From positions 64,001 to 119,411 of IMG/VR virus record IMGVR_UViG_3300009551_000002: DNA of 55,411 nt; one strand, 5' to 3'. The translations under genes were made by a program, and so were the position numbers. Source of the stretch: a virus (lineage: Duplodnaviria; Heunggongvirae; Uroviricota; Caudoviricetes). Of the stretch, positions 22,840-32,100 are shown piece after piece. The notes under the pieces were generated by a model, which was not told where the DNA came from, made no database searches, and saw nothing but the letters and a program-made list of their open reading frames with translations. Each line of letters begins with the position of its first letter. Position 1 is the stretch's first letter.

Positions 22840-25332
22840 ATGGCACGTTTTGGCCGTTCCTTTCCTATTCCACACAAGACTCGCTATATCCTTTCGTCTT
22901 CGGGTACGGCTTATGTACAGTCATTTAATGCGACGATGCTGCCGTTCTTCGATCAACGCTCGATACAGACAGGTAAGGTTTCGAGTGCTGCTACTGTCGC
23001 TTTAGCTGCCGTCAATACAGGTCGTACTACCAGCCGTTCTACTAATGCAACACGAGCGACGTTCACGTCTTCGATCACAAAATCTATTGCTCGCAACGCA
23101 AGCTCTGCGGCAGCGTCGATGCAGCTTTTTGCGGGCGTAGTTACTCGGCAGACGCAACACCTCTACACGGCAGTTTTAATGGTCATCACCGCTACTTGGA
23201 ATCGTAGTATCAATCCAGTCAAGAACGCTGCCACTGTGGCCTTCTCGACTGTTAGCACGCGAGCGATCGTGCGCAGTGGGACGAGTGCGTCCATTCCGAC
23301 ATTCGCCGCGACCGTGCCCCACTCGATCGCCAAATCAATATCGGCAGCGATGCTCGTGATCAATGGCGTGTGCAGTAAGGTTGCTGGCAAAGTCTCTTCT
23401 GCGAAGACGGTAACATTCGCCGGACTTACTTCCGGACACGTTGTCAGCCGGAGCATATCCGCAGCGACGGCTCTGTTCTCTACTCTGACGACACGTGCGA
23501 TCACTCGTAATAGCACAGCAGCGTCTATGCCTACGTTTGCTGGAGCATCGACCCGCAGCGTCTCTCGGTCAGCGATTTTAGCTGCCATGCGGATGTTTGC
23601 AGCAACGTCTCTGCGGACTACCAGGAAAGCGACGAGCGCGACGATGATCGCGATCACGACAGCTTTTAGTGGGCGTGCCATTACTCGTTCTAGCGTGCAC
23701 GGCGCGACGCTGCCAGCTTTCGGGGCAGGCTCCACGCGATCGATTACACGATCCGCTACTCTCGCATCGATGCGGACATTTGCCGGGACTGTGACGCGAA
23801 CGATCACGCATTCGATCTCTGCGACGACGTTATCTTGTGTCGGTACGGCCTCAAAGATTATTGGCAAGGTAGGCTCGGCGGCCAACGTAGCTTTCGCGGC
23901 AGTCTCTCAAAAGGTGATTAGTCGAAGCACTTCAGCGTCAACCGCCACGTTCTCGACGACCTCTATGCGTTCCACGGTCGCTACGGCTATCTCGGCGACG
24001 ATGAGCACTTTCGGTTCAACGTCTACTCGTCTTATCTCGCGATCTACGACAGCTACGACAGTAGCGTTCTCGGGTCTTCTTTCCGCCGTCAAAGGTGCCG
24101 TCACCTACACGTTTACGGTTGCCGCCTCCATGGTGGTTATGACAGCGACTAGTCTACGAAGTACCGCAAAGACAGAGACTGCGACGACGTCTACATTCTC
24201 TGTCAGTAGCACGCGCATCACCGCGCGATCGATTGGATCTTCTGCGGTGTCCTTCGCCGCTACTGCGACACGTTCTACTTTGCATGTAGTCTCGGCGACG
24301 CTGCTGGCGACTACTGCGACCTGCTCTAAGGTCGCTGGCAGGTCTGTGAGTGCGGTCTCAAAAGTCTTTGCTGCTACGAGACTCCAAAGCACCACACGTT
24401 CCATTTCTGCCGCGACTGTGGTCTTCGCCGCGTCTTCCGCCCGCAATATTTCTCATAGCGTGAGCGCCGTCACTGCCGCGTTTACGGCGACGACTACGCG
24501 CATGATCTCTCGTTCGATTGCAGCAACGACGATTGCTTTCTCGGGCCTATTCTCTGGCGTTAAAGGAGCAGTCACTTATATCCTGTCGTTCGCAGCCAGT
24601 ACGGTGACCATGTCGGCAAGTAGCACGCGCGAGATCATGAAACCGTCGTCTGCAAGTACTTCCCCGTTTAGTACGACGTCAGCACGTCGTACTTCGCGTA
24701 GCTTCTCTGCGGCGCAAGCTGCGTTCTCAGCAGCAACGTCCCGCATGATCTCCCGTTCCGTGTCGGCTACGGCTGCGGCTTTCTCCGGATTGTTCTCTGG
24801 AGTAAAGGGCGGTGTCCTGTACGTAATCTCGTTTGCCGCGTCGTTGGTCACGTTTTCTGGAACATCGACGCGGACGACGACTTCATCCAAGACTGCAACG
24901 ACGACTCCAATGGCAGTGACGACCTCTAAGTCAATGTCTCGCAGCGTGTCCGCGCATACGGTCGTCTTATCAGGCATCGCCACCAAAGCGATTGCGCGTA
25001 GCATCACGGCGGTTGCTCCGGGATTCTCAGCGTCTTGCAGCAAGCAGATCAATCGTGCCGTAGCGGCAACTATGGTGGCTTTTGATGGCCTACCGTCTTG
25101 GTTACACGGCATTCTCGTCCCTGGTCTTGCGATAGTTGCGAGTGCTCTCGCATGGCTGGGTATCCAGTTCAACGCCGGTCCTTCGGCTGGCGTCTCTAGC
25201 GGTTCGGCTACCGGTGGAATTTCCAATGCCGGTGGTAAGGCGGATGTCTCTAGCGGTTCGGCTACCGGTGGAATTTCCAATGCCGGTGGTAAGGCGGATG
25301 TCTCCAATAAGTTCGAGGGGAGTGGTCAATAG
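22840..25332 (+). CDS. 830-aa basic Ser/Thr/Ala repeat protein
   Basis: About 19-20-aa repeats F-x5-R-x3-RS-x-SAAT; only 7 Asp/Glu; hydrophobic segment near the C terminus. Confidence 0.75.
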   Translation: MARFGRSFPIPHKTRYILSSSGTAYVQSFNATMLPFFDQRSIQTGKVSSAATVALAAVNTGRTTSRSTNATRATFTSSITKSIARNASSAAASMQLFAGVVTRQTQHLYTAVLMVITATWNRSINPVKNAATVAFSTVSTRAIVRSGTSASIPTFAATVPHSIAKSISAAMLVINGVCSKVAGKVSSAKTVTFAGLTSGHVVSRSISAATALFSTLTTRAITRNSTAASMPTFAGASTRSVSRSAILAAMRMFAATSLRTTRKATSATMIAITTAFSGRAITRSSVHGATLPAFGAGSTRSITRSATLASMRTFAGTVTRTITHSISATTLSCVGTASKIIGKVGSAANVAFAAVSQKVISRSTSASTATFSTTSMRSTVATAISATMSTFGSTSTRLISRSTTATTVAFSGLLSAVKGAVTYTFTVAASMVVMTATSLRSTAKTETATTSTFSVSSTRITARSIGSSAVSFAATATRSTLHVVSATLLATTATCSKVAGRSVSAVSKVFAATRLQSTTRSISAATVVFAASSARNISHSVSAVTAAFTATTTRMISRSIAATTIAFSGLFSGVKGAVTYILSFAASTVTMSASSTREIMKPSSASTSPFSTTSARRTSRSFSAAQAAFSAATSRMISRSVSATAAAFSGLFSGVKGGVLYVISFAASLVTFSGTSTRTTTSSKTATTTPMAVTTSKSMSRSVSAHTVVLSGIATKAIARSITAVAPGFSASCSKQINRAVAATMVAFDGLPSWLHGILVPGLAIVASALAWLGIQFNAGPSAGVSSGSATGGISNAGGKADVSSGSATGGISNAGGKADVSNKFEGSGQ
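25192..25304 (+). repeat. Perfect 54-bp tandem duplication (2.1 copies)
   Basis: 25192-25245 identical to 25246-25299; encodes VSSGSATGGISNAGGKAD twice. Confidence 0.95.
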
Positions 25333-25335
25333 CGA

Positions 25336-26265
25336 ATGCCCTACTACATTGGAAGCCTATCCACGTTGAAGGTGACGTTCACGAACCTCGCCGGGGTGCC
25401 GACCGATCCGACTGCGGTTTCCGTGGTTGTGACTGCTCCTGACGGTACAGTGACGACCTATTCTTCTCCGATACACGTGAGCACCGGAGTGTATACGCAA
25501 GACGTTCCGGTCACGCAGGTCGGGTCCTATAACTTTGAGTGGTACGGCACCGGCACGGTCGTCGCCGTCAAGCCGAGCACCTTCCAGTCCTATGCGACGC
25601 CACTTGCTCCGGCCAATCCGATTGATTTCGTGACGCTCCCGCAATTGAAGTCGTGGATCGAGAGCATGAACTTGGATACCACTACCGACGACGGCATCCT
25701 GCAATCGATTATCACCGGCACGAGTCAGGACATCTTGTCGATGATGAGCCGGAGCACGATCTTCAGTACTGATTATCCAGAGTGGTACGACGGCAGCGGA
25801 TCGGCGACTTTGGCCCTCGATCAATGGCCGATCAATTCTGTGACCACACTGAAGATCAATGGCGTCGTGATCAGCCCTTCTGTCGATCATATGCAGAACG
25901 GTTATGTGATCAGCCGTGACAAGAAATTCATTCAACTCGTCGGTGGTGGCGTGGGAATCGTTCCCGGCTTCGGATTCGGTGGAGGCGGCCTCACGTCGGC
26001 TTATTCCCGCCATTGCGGCAACGTCTTCACACAAGGGATCAGCAACGTTTACGTCGATTATAATTCTGGATTCGCTACCGTTCCCGCCGATCTCGCCGAG
26101 GCGTGCCTGATGATCATCGATCAGGACTATAAGCGCCGTGGCTGGGTAGATCGAGCACAGATTGCTATTCCTCAGGGTGGCGGCACGACGACGTACCGCT
26201 CGTGGTCGATTCCGCCTCGGGCGCAAGAGATTATCAATCGTTACACCAGGACGTACCACCCGTAA
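25336..26265 (+). CDS. Head-tail connector/adaptor (gp6-like) with an N-terminal Ig-like domain
   Basis: FVTLPQLK..DDGILQ, YDGSG..L.LDQWPI.SV, YNSGFATVPADLAEAC. Confidence 0.8.
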   Translation: MPYYIGSLSTLKVTFTNLAGVPTDPTAVSVVVTAPDGTVTTYSSPIHVSTGVYTQDVPVTQVGSYNFEWYGTGTVVAVKPSTFQSYATPLAPANPIDFVTLPQLKSWIESMNLDTTTDDGILQSIITGTSQDILSMMSRSTIFSTDYPEWYDGSGSATLALDQWPINSVTTLKINGVVISPSVDHMQNGYVISRDKKFIQLVGGGVGIVPGFGFGGGGLTSAYSRHCGNVFTQGISNVYVDYNSGFATVPADLAEACLMIIDQDYKRRGWVDRAQIAIPQGGGTTTYRSWSIPPRAQEIINRYTRTYHP

Positions 26266-26738
26266 TGCCTCTCTTTGATTCTGTCCTAGAAGGGGGTGAT
26301 CAACTCCAGGCTGGCTTGGAGAATGCCTCGGATCGCGTCACGCTACGGCTACGCGAGAAGGTCGAGCTTCTTCAGCATCTTCTCGCCGACAAGATCCGCG
26401 CGAATCTCTCCGGTCAGATCCTTCAAGTTCGTTCCGGCAAATTGCTCGCTTCGGTGAAAGAACTCCCGCTCGAAGTCAATGGTCTCGTCGTCGAAGGTCC
26501 TGTACAAGTTGGCGGTCCTGATATCCCCTACGGTGCAGTATTGGAGAAAGGCGGCACCCACAATTACGACATCGTGCCGGTCAACAAACAGTATCTAGCG
26601 TTCGTGGTTGGCGGCAAACAGATATTCACCAAGCTCGTGCATCGGACGCCACTCCTAGCCCGGCAGTACGTCGGTCTCGCAGTTGAAGAAACCAGCCCTG
26701 AAGTACAACGCCATTTCGAGTCACTTGATCTCTCATGA
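26265..26738 (+). CDS. Tail completion/neck protein (HK97 gp10-like)
   Basis: TAATG coupling; RSGKL..S, YGAVLEKGG pattern; position. Confidence 0.65.
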   Translation: MPLFDSVLEGGDQLQAGLENASDRVTLRLREKVELLQHLLADKIRANLSGQILQVRSGKLLASVKELPLEVNGLVVEGPVQVGGPDIPYGAVLEKGGTHNYDIVPVNKQYLAFVVGGKQIFTKLVHRTPLLARQYVGLAVEETSPEVQRHFESLDLS

Positions 26739-27193
26739 ATGTTCCCCGCGAAACCATCCTTGAAGCTCTGCTCGGCGTGATCGCTACGGCGACGATCGAC
26801 AGTCAGCCTGCGTTCGTCACGATCTCGCGCAAGTTCCAGATGTGGGATGCCGTGCCCGGCATACAGCAGCCTGCTTGTTACCTGCGGCAGACTCCAGGCC
26901 GTGTCGATCAGAATGAAGACTTCGGACTCAATCGCTGGACTCTCCGATGCGGCATTTGGATCTACGCGAAATACTCACCGACATCCGATACTATCCCTGC
27001 TGTCTTGCTCAATAACTTAATCGATGCTGTAGAACGCGCAATTCTTCCGTCGCCCGCTTTCCCGATGCAGACTCTCGGTGGTCTGGTGGTCAATTGTTGG
27101 CTTGACGGCGACGTCATCATCGACGAAGGCAATCTCCCCAATGACGATCAGGCGATCGCCGTGCTACCCGTATCCATCCGGACTGGAGTGTGA
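26735..27193 (+). CDS. Tail terminator-like protein
   Basis: Size and position just before the tail tube gene; ATGA overlap. Confidence 0.65.
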   Translation: MNVPRETILEALLGVIATATIDSQPAFVTISRKFQMWDAVPGIQQPACYLRQTPGRVDQNEDFGLNRWTLRCGIWIYAKYSPTSDTIPAVLLNNLIDAVERAILPSPAFPMQTLGGLVVNCWLDGDVIIDEGNLPNDDQAIAVLPVSIRTGV

Positions 27194-27196
27194 CCC

Positions 27197-27547
27197 GTGG
27201 CTAAAATGACTATCCCCCAGATCAAAAGCACGGCTCTCACGATGCTGGCGATCTTCCTGCTGGCCCCACTCTTTACAGCATGGCAACTCCATGAGATGGG
27301 CGAACTCCACATCACGAATCTCCAGGGGTTCAAGGACTTCTGTATCCACGCCGCGACGTCCAGCGGCTGGTTAGCGCTCGGGTGGTTATTTCTCAAGAGC
27401 CCCTTCGCCAGTAAGATCACGGAGCTATTGACGTCAGCACACTCTGTTGCGCCAGACGGCACTGAAACTGACAAGACCACAAAGTTGAAGATTACCGAGC
27501 CGGTGTTACCGGATCTTGCTCCAAAGTCACCACAAGGTAAGAAGTAA
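27197..27547 (+). CDS. Two-TM membrane protein (holin-like) inside the tail operon
   Basis: GGAG SD plus GTG; TM segments ALTMLAIFLLAPLFTAW and AATSSGWLALGWLFL. Confidence 0.6.
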   Translation: MAKMTIPQIKSTALTMLAIFLLAPLFTAWQLHEMGELHITNLQGFKDFCIHAATSSGWLALGWLFLKSPFASKITELLTSAHSVAPDGTETDKTTKLKITEPVLPDLAPKSPQGKK

Positions 27548-27606
27548 CAGAGTTTCGTTTTCATCCAGTACAGCATTTCAATCCAATCCAAACAGGAGAA
27601 ATCATC

Positions 27607-28389
27607 ATGGCAGCTTATATTCAGATCGGTTCTGGCCGGTTGTTTGTTCGTCCGACCGCAGGCAACTTGGCCACGAATCCTACGCCTCTCCAAGGCTTCA
27701 CCGTCCAGGATGTTTCGATCGACATCGCTGGCGAAATCAAGGAACTGCGCGGTCAGAATCAATTCCCCGACGACACCGCGACGGTCGACAAGAAACTGTC
27801 CGGCAAGTTCGGTATTGGCCGCAAGGATCTGACGATGTTCAACCAGATCTTCTCTGCGGACGTCATCTCGACGAGCGGTCAATCGGTGTATCCGAACTTC
27901 CAGACTGCGGTGCCTGCGACTCCGTATACGGTGACGATCGCGCCGCCCGCCACCGGCACCTTCCAGTTCGATCTCGGTGTGTACTACACTGGCACGGGCG
28001 TCGAGTTCATTCGAGTGGCGTCGTCTCCCGTCACCGGCCAATACTCGGTCAACGAAGGGACCGGCGTGTACACCTTCGCCGCGCTCGACACGTTGGCGAA
28101 CGTGACCATCTCGTATTCGTACACTCTCACTGGTCACGGTGCGACGTACCAGATCAATAACCAGACCATCGGTTATGGTCCGCAGATCGAGATCTGGATC
28201 GTCGACACTTATCAGTCGCTGACGGTCTCCTCGAATCAGGTCTACAACGTGATCCGTGTTTATGCCGCAAAGGTGAACAAAATCACCATTGGTAACAAGC
28301 GCGGAGATTACTCGATTCCCGAAGTCGACTGGGCCGCGTTCGCATCCGCCAGCGGGCGCGTGCTCGATATGTACAGCGTGAACGGATAA
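27607..28389 (+). CDS. Major tail (tube) protein
   Basis: AGGAGA SD; IQIGSGRLF, QDVSIDIAGEIKELRGQNQFP; precedes chaperone and tape measure. Confidence 0.85.
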   Translation: MAAYIQIGSGRLFVRPTAGNLATNPTPLQGFTVQDVSIDIAGEIKELRGQNQFPDDTATVDKKLSGKFGIGRKDLTMFNQIFSADVISTSGQSVYPNFQTAVPATPYTVTIAPPATGTFQFDLGVYYTGTGVEFIRVASSPVTGQYSVNEGTGVYTFAALDTLANVTISYSYTLTGHGATYQINNQTIGYGPQIEIWIVDTYQSLTVSSNQVYNVIRVYAAKVNKITIGNKRGDYSIPEVDWAAFASASGRVLDMYSVNG

Positions 28390-28439
28390 TTCCGTTTTCT
28401 TACTAGCATAAGCCTCGCGATTAGGCTAAGCTGTTACCC

Positions 28440-28778
28440 ATGGCTCGTACCAAAACAATCAACATCGATGGGGAGCAATTCGTAATTGCTCCCCTCACGA
28501 TCGACCAAGTCGAAGAATATCTGGGCAGTACTCCCGCCGAAGACGCCCCAGCCACGGCATGGCGTGACATCACGCTGACCGTCATCATGAACAGCATCAA
28601 CAATGCTGCCAAGGATGGCCCCAAGCTGACGCTGGCGGATATGAAGAAGCGCATGGATCTCCTGATGATGAATCAACTCCACACCGCAGTCCTGGAAATC
28701 AGTGGTCTCCAGGTAGCCGGTAAGGGTGCTGACGCGGGGGAATCCCAGGCGGTTCAGAAGACGGTAGCAGCAGACTAG
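28440..28778 (+). CDS. Tail assembly chaperone (G)
   Basis: Between tail tube and tape measure; slippery site near the 3' end. Confidence 0.8.
   Translation: MARTKTINIDGEQFVIAPLTIDQVEEYLGSTPAEDAPATAWRDITLTVIMNSINNAAKDGPKLTLADMKKRMDLLMMNQLHTAVLEISGLQVAGKGADAGESQAVQKTVAAD
28736..28742 (+). other. Programmed -1 frameshift site G GGG GAA giving a G-T fusion ending at 29116 (about 225 aa)
   Basis: GGGGGAA in the codon phase GCG GGG GAA; the -1 frame is open from here (GIPGGSEDGSSRLDFPYF...) into ORF 28829-29116. Confidence 0.85.
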
Positions 28779-28828
28779 ACTTCCCGTACTTCCGCAATCG
28801 CCTGATCACAGCCGGAGCCGCAACTCTG

Positions 28829-29116
28829 TTGAGCGTCGGGGACATTCCGTTCCCCGACGCGACAGCGTTGTTCACATATTGGGCGGACTATCCTCCCCCT
28901 TCCGAATCTATCCTTATATTGCTGACTGCTTTCACGACATTCAAATTGCCGTCGAATGCCGGGGGCGGTCGTGTACGGAAAATTAGAGAAGAAGACGAAG
29001 TCCGTGACTTACCTGGATTAGCTCAACAATTAGGAACCCGCGCAATATCAGGTTCGTCTCTGCCTGACTACATGAAAGAGACGATGAACAAAGAGTTTGG
29101 CCTAAACATTCAGTAA
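28829..29116 (+). CDS. Tail assembly chaperone, T part (reached by frameshift)
   Basis: Lies in the -1 frame relative to G; no independent SD before its TTG. Confidence 0.75.
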   Translation: MSVGDIPFPDATALFTYWADYPPPSESILILLTAFTTFKLPSNAGGGRVRKIREEDEVRDLPGLAQQLGTRAISGSSLPDYMKETMNKEFGLNIQ

Positions 29117-29121
29117 CCATC

Positions 29122-32100
29122 ATGGCAGACGATTATTCAATCCGAGCTAAGATCACTGGCGACGCGTCCGAGTTTAAGGTCGCGATGGAGACTGCTGCTG
29201 CGTCCGCAGAGCAGAATACTGCGCGGATCAAAGCAGAACTCGCAGAGGTCAAAGCTCAATCCGCTATCCTGGCACAGGCGCTCAAGAACGATAGGGATAT
29301 CCTCGCGGCCATAGGTGAACCTAAAGCCGGTACAGGTGCGGCGGATTTCTTGCCGGGCCTAAAAGAACGGCTCGCTGAGACCGAAAAGAGCTTAGAGGAG
29401 ACGCAGAAGAAGGCCGCTGCACTCAAAGCAGAGTTAGCTGGTGTGCCTTCGATCGCTGCGGCTGGTGGCGGTGCTGGTCCTCCTAACGGCCCTAATGGCC
29501 CCGAACTTACTAAGAAACAACTCGATCTTCTAGCGCAAGCTGCGCAGTCAGCGGCGCGTCAACTCCAGACTCTCCCAGCGATCCAAGAGGAGGTTGCTGC
29601 TAAAGTTAATGCCTCCGTAATTGAGATGGCTGCGATCCGCAAACGCGCGGATGCGGAAGTAGCCGAGTCTGCCAAGATTCTCGCCGCAATTCAAGTATCG
29701 GGGCTCGCTGAGTCTGGCGACATCAGAGGACAGTTAGCGCTTACTGGGGCCACAGAAGCACATATCCTAGCGCTAAAGACACAGCAGCAGGTTCAGGCTA
29801 GACAAGCCGAGGTTACTGCCGAGGCTGCTGCTCGCGAGGAACTCCTCGCACGTGCGACTGCTCAGTCGACGGCTGCGACCGAGGCTGACATTCAAGCTAA
29901 GGTCCAGGACGCTATCACCAGTGCGGGTTCTGCGACTGCCGCGCTCCAGATAGCAGACGCACAAGAGGCTACTCTCTCAGGCGCGCGTAAACAAGCTGCC
30001 GCGATTGAGCAGGCCAACCAAATCATTCAGCGCTCGTCGACGACTGTCGCTCAAATTCAAGCCGAGGTTGCAAGTCAGACCGGCATCTCTGCCGAGAAGA
30101 TGGCGACGTACGTCAAGCGTGCGTCTACTGAAGTCAATGAAGCTAATAAGGCTATCGGAGCAAGCCAACTCGCACTTAGTGAATCAATCGCCGCTGGTGA
30201 CCAAGCCGCGATTGATTCTATGGCAGCGCTTCAGAATACTGCTGCCGGTCTTGCTTCTGGGCTCGCTGCTCTAAAGAGTCAGTATGCCGACATTACTACC
30301 TCGCAGCAGGCTGCTGCCGACGCTGCTGCTCAACAGGCATCCGCGCTCGATGTCGTCACTGAAGTCACCACGGCAGCAGCCGAACGTGGCCAGAACTTCG
30401 CAGCCATCCAGCAGGAAATCGCAGCAGGTGTCGGCAAGACCTCTGTAGAGTTAGGGGCTACTTATGTCCGTGCAACTGCCGCTGCGCGAGAAGCCACGAA
30501 TGCTCTCGTCCATGACGCAGAACGTCTCGGTCCAGCGATCCAACAGAAACTTCCCGGCGCAGACGCTGCCTTGGCTACCCTGCGTGCGCAGATGCAGCAG
30601 ACTCGTCTTGCTGCCGCTGAACTCGCAGCGACGATCAAACTCGTCGAACTCGCCGAGGCTGAATCCACGCCCGCAGCACAGGCTGCCGCATTAGCTCAGT
30701 TCCAGAATGCGATCGCAGAAAAGGGGTCTGCGGTTGCGGCGCTCGAAGCTGAAGTCGCTGCTAGGAAACTCGCTGCGGCTCAAGATCAAGTTGCGACGTC
30801 GTCAAACGTCGCTCGTGTCGCTGAAGCTGAACTCGTAGGTTCTACGCAGGGCATGATCTTCGCCCTATCGCGTGTCCTTGCTTCCATACCGGCAATCCAG
30901 GAAGGGTTAAAACTTCTATTCCCGATTATTACTGCTGTAGCGTTCGCCGAGATCCTTGATCAGACGATCAACAAAGTAGGTGAATTAGCGGACGCGTTCG
31001 AGGGATTCGGTAAAGAGGAGAAGGCTCGTCTCGAAGATAATATTCGTGTAGCGCAGAATTCATTCGACACGTATTTCAATCTTCGCGAGAAGCTCAATCA
31101 GAATCGTGGGATTGGGTACACCGGAATCCCCAAGTTATCGATTGAGTCCAAGGCCGCCGAAGGAGATCTGAAGCAACTCCAAGGGGAAATGACCCGTTTG
31201 GAGACGCAGGCGCAGACTTTACAGAAAGCGCTGGACGCTACCGATTACAGTAAGCTATCGAAGAAGCCTTCGCCGGAATCCGGGGCGAGCGATCCGTTCT
31301 TCACGTTACTCGCGCCGAACGTCACTAAGTTCAGTGCTCCGGCTGCGGAGGCGATCAATCGTTTCCAGGGCAGGGAAATTAATCCACAAGTAGGAACTCA
31401 CGACGAGGTCGAGAAGAACCTTACTGATAACCAAAAGGCACGGGAAGCGCTTCAGGCCAAGATCGATATCGCCAAGAACGCAGAAGCTCCGCGTATCCAG
31501 GCTGAAATAGCTGATACTGCCTTTAAGCAAAGCATCGAACTCGAAGAACGACGGATCGCGAAGATCAAGGAGTTCGGAGTCGCCGAGGCAGCCGAGCTAC
31601 GGAAGCGTGCGCAAGACGAGTTCGTCAACGGCCAGATCGATGCCGATCAGAAGGCTGCCCTTCTCACTAAGGCTGCGGAAGACCAATTCCAAATTGAGCA
31701 GACGTACGCGAAGAAACATGATGCGCTGCAAGAGCAACTTAAAGCAAAGGGTGCGACCCCGTCGTTCATAAACGAAGAGATCGATCAGCAGCGTCGTCAG
31801 ATCGATCTCCAACGCGGACTTGATCAGGTCGACATCCAACGTGCCAAAGATCACAAAGCCGAACTAAATAAGATCAACGAAGAGCATCTCAAGCAGATCA
31901 CCGACAAACTCCCCGAGGTCGAGGAAGCCGCGCCTGAGGGCCACGGCAAACAGGCCGGGCTCGCCTTCCTCCAGGAACAGCAGGCAGCGATCCAGAAGCT
32001 CCCTAAGAGTGACCTGGAAGAGTACCAAAAAGCCGTCGAATACCTCGCGAAGGCGATCCCTCGCCTCATGGGTGCAGCTTCTAAAGAAGCTGAGGAAGCC

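Noticed and set aside
25192-25304. Possible CRISPR-like repeat
   Set aside because: Direct tandem copies with no spacer, in frame inside a CDS
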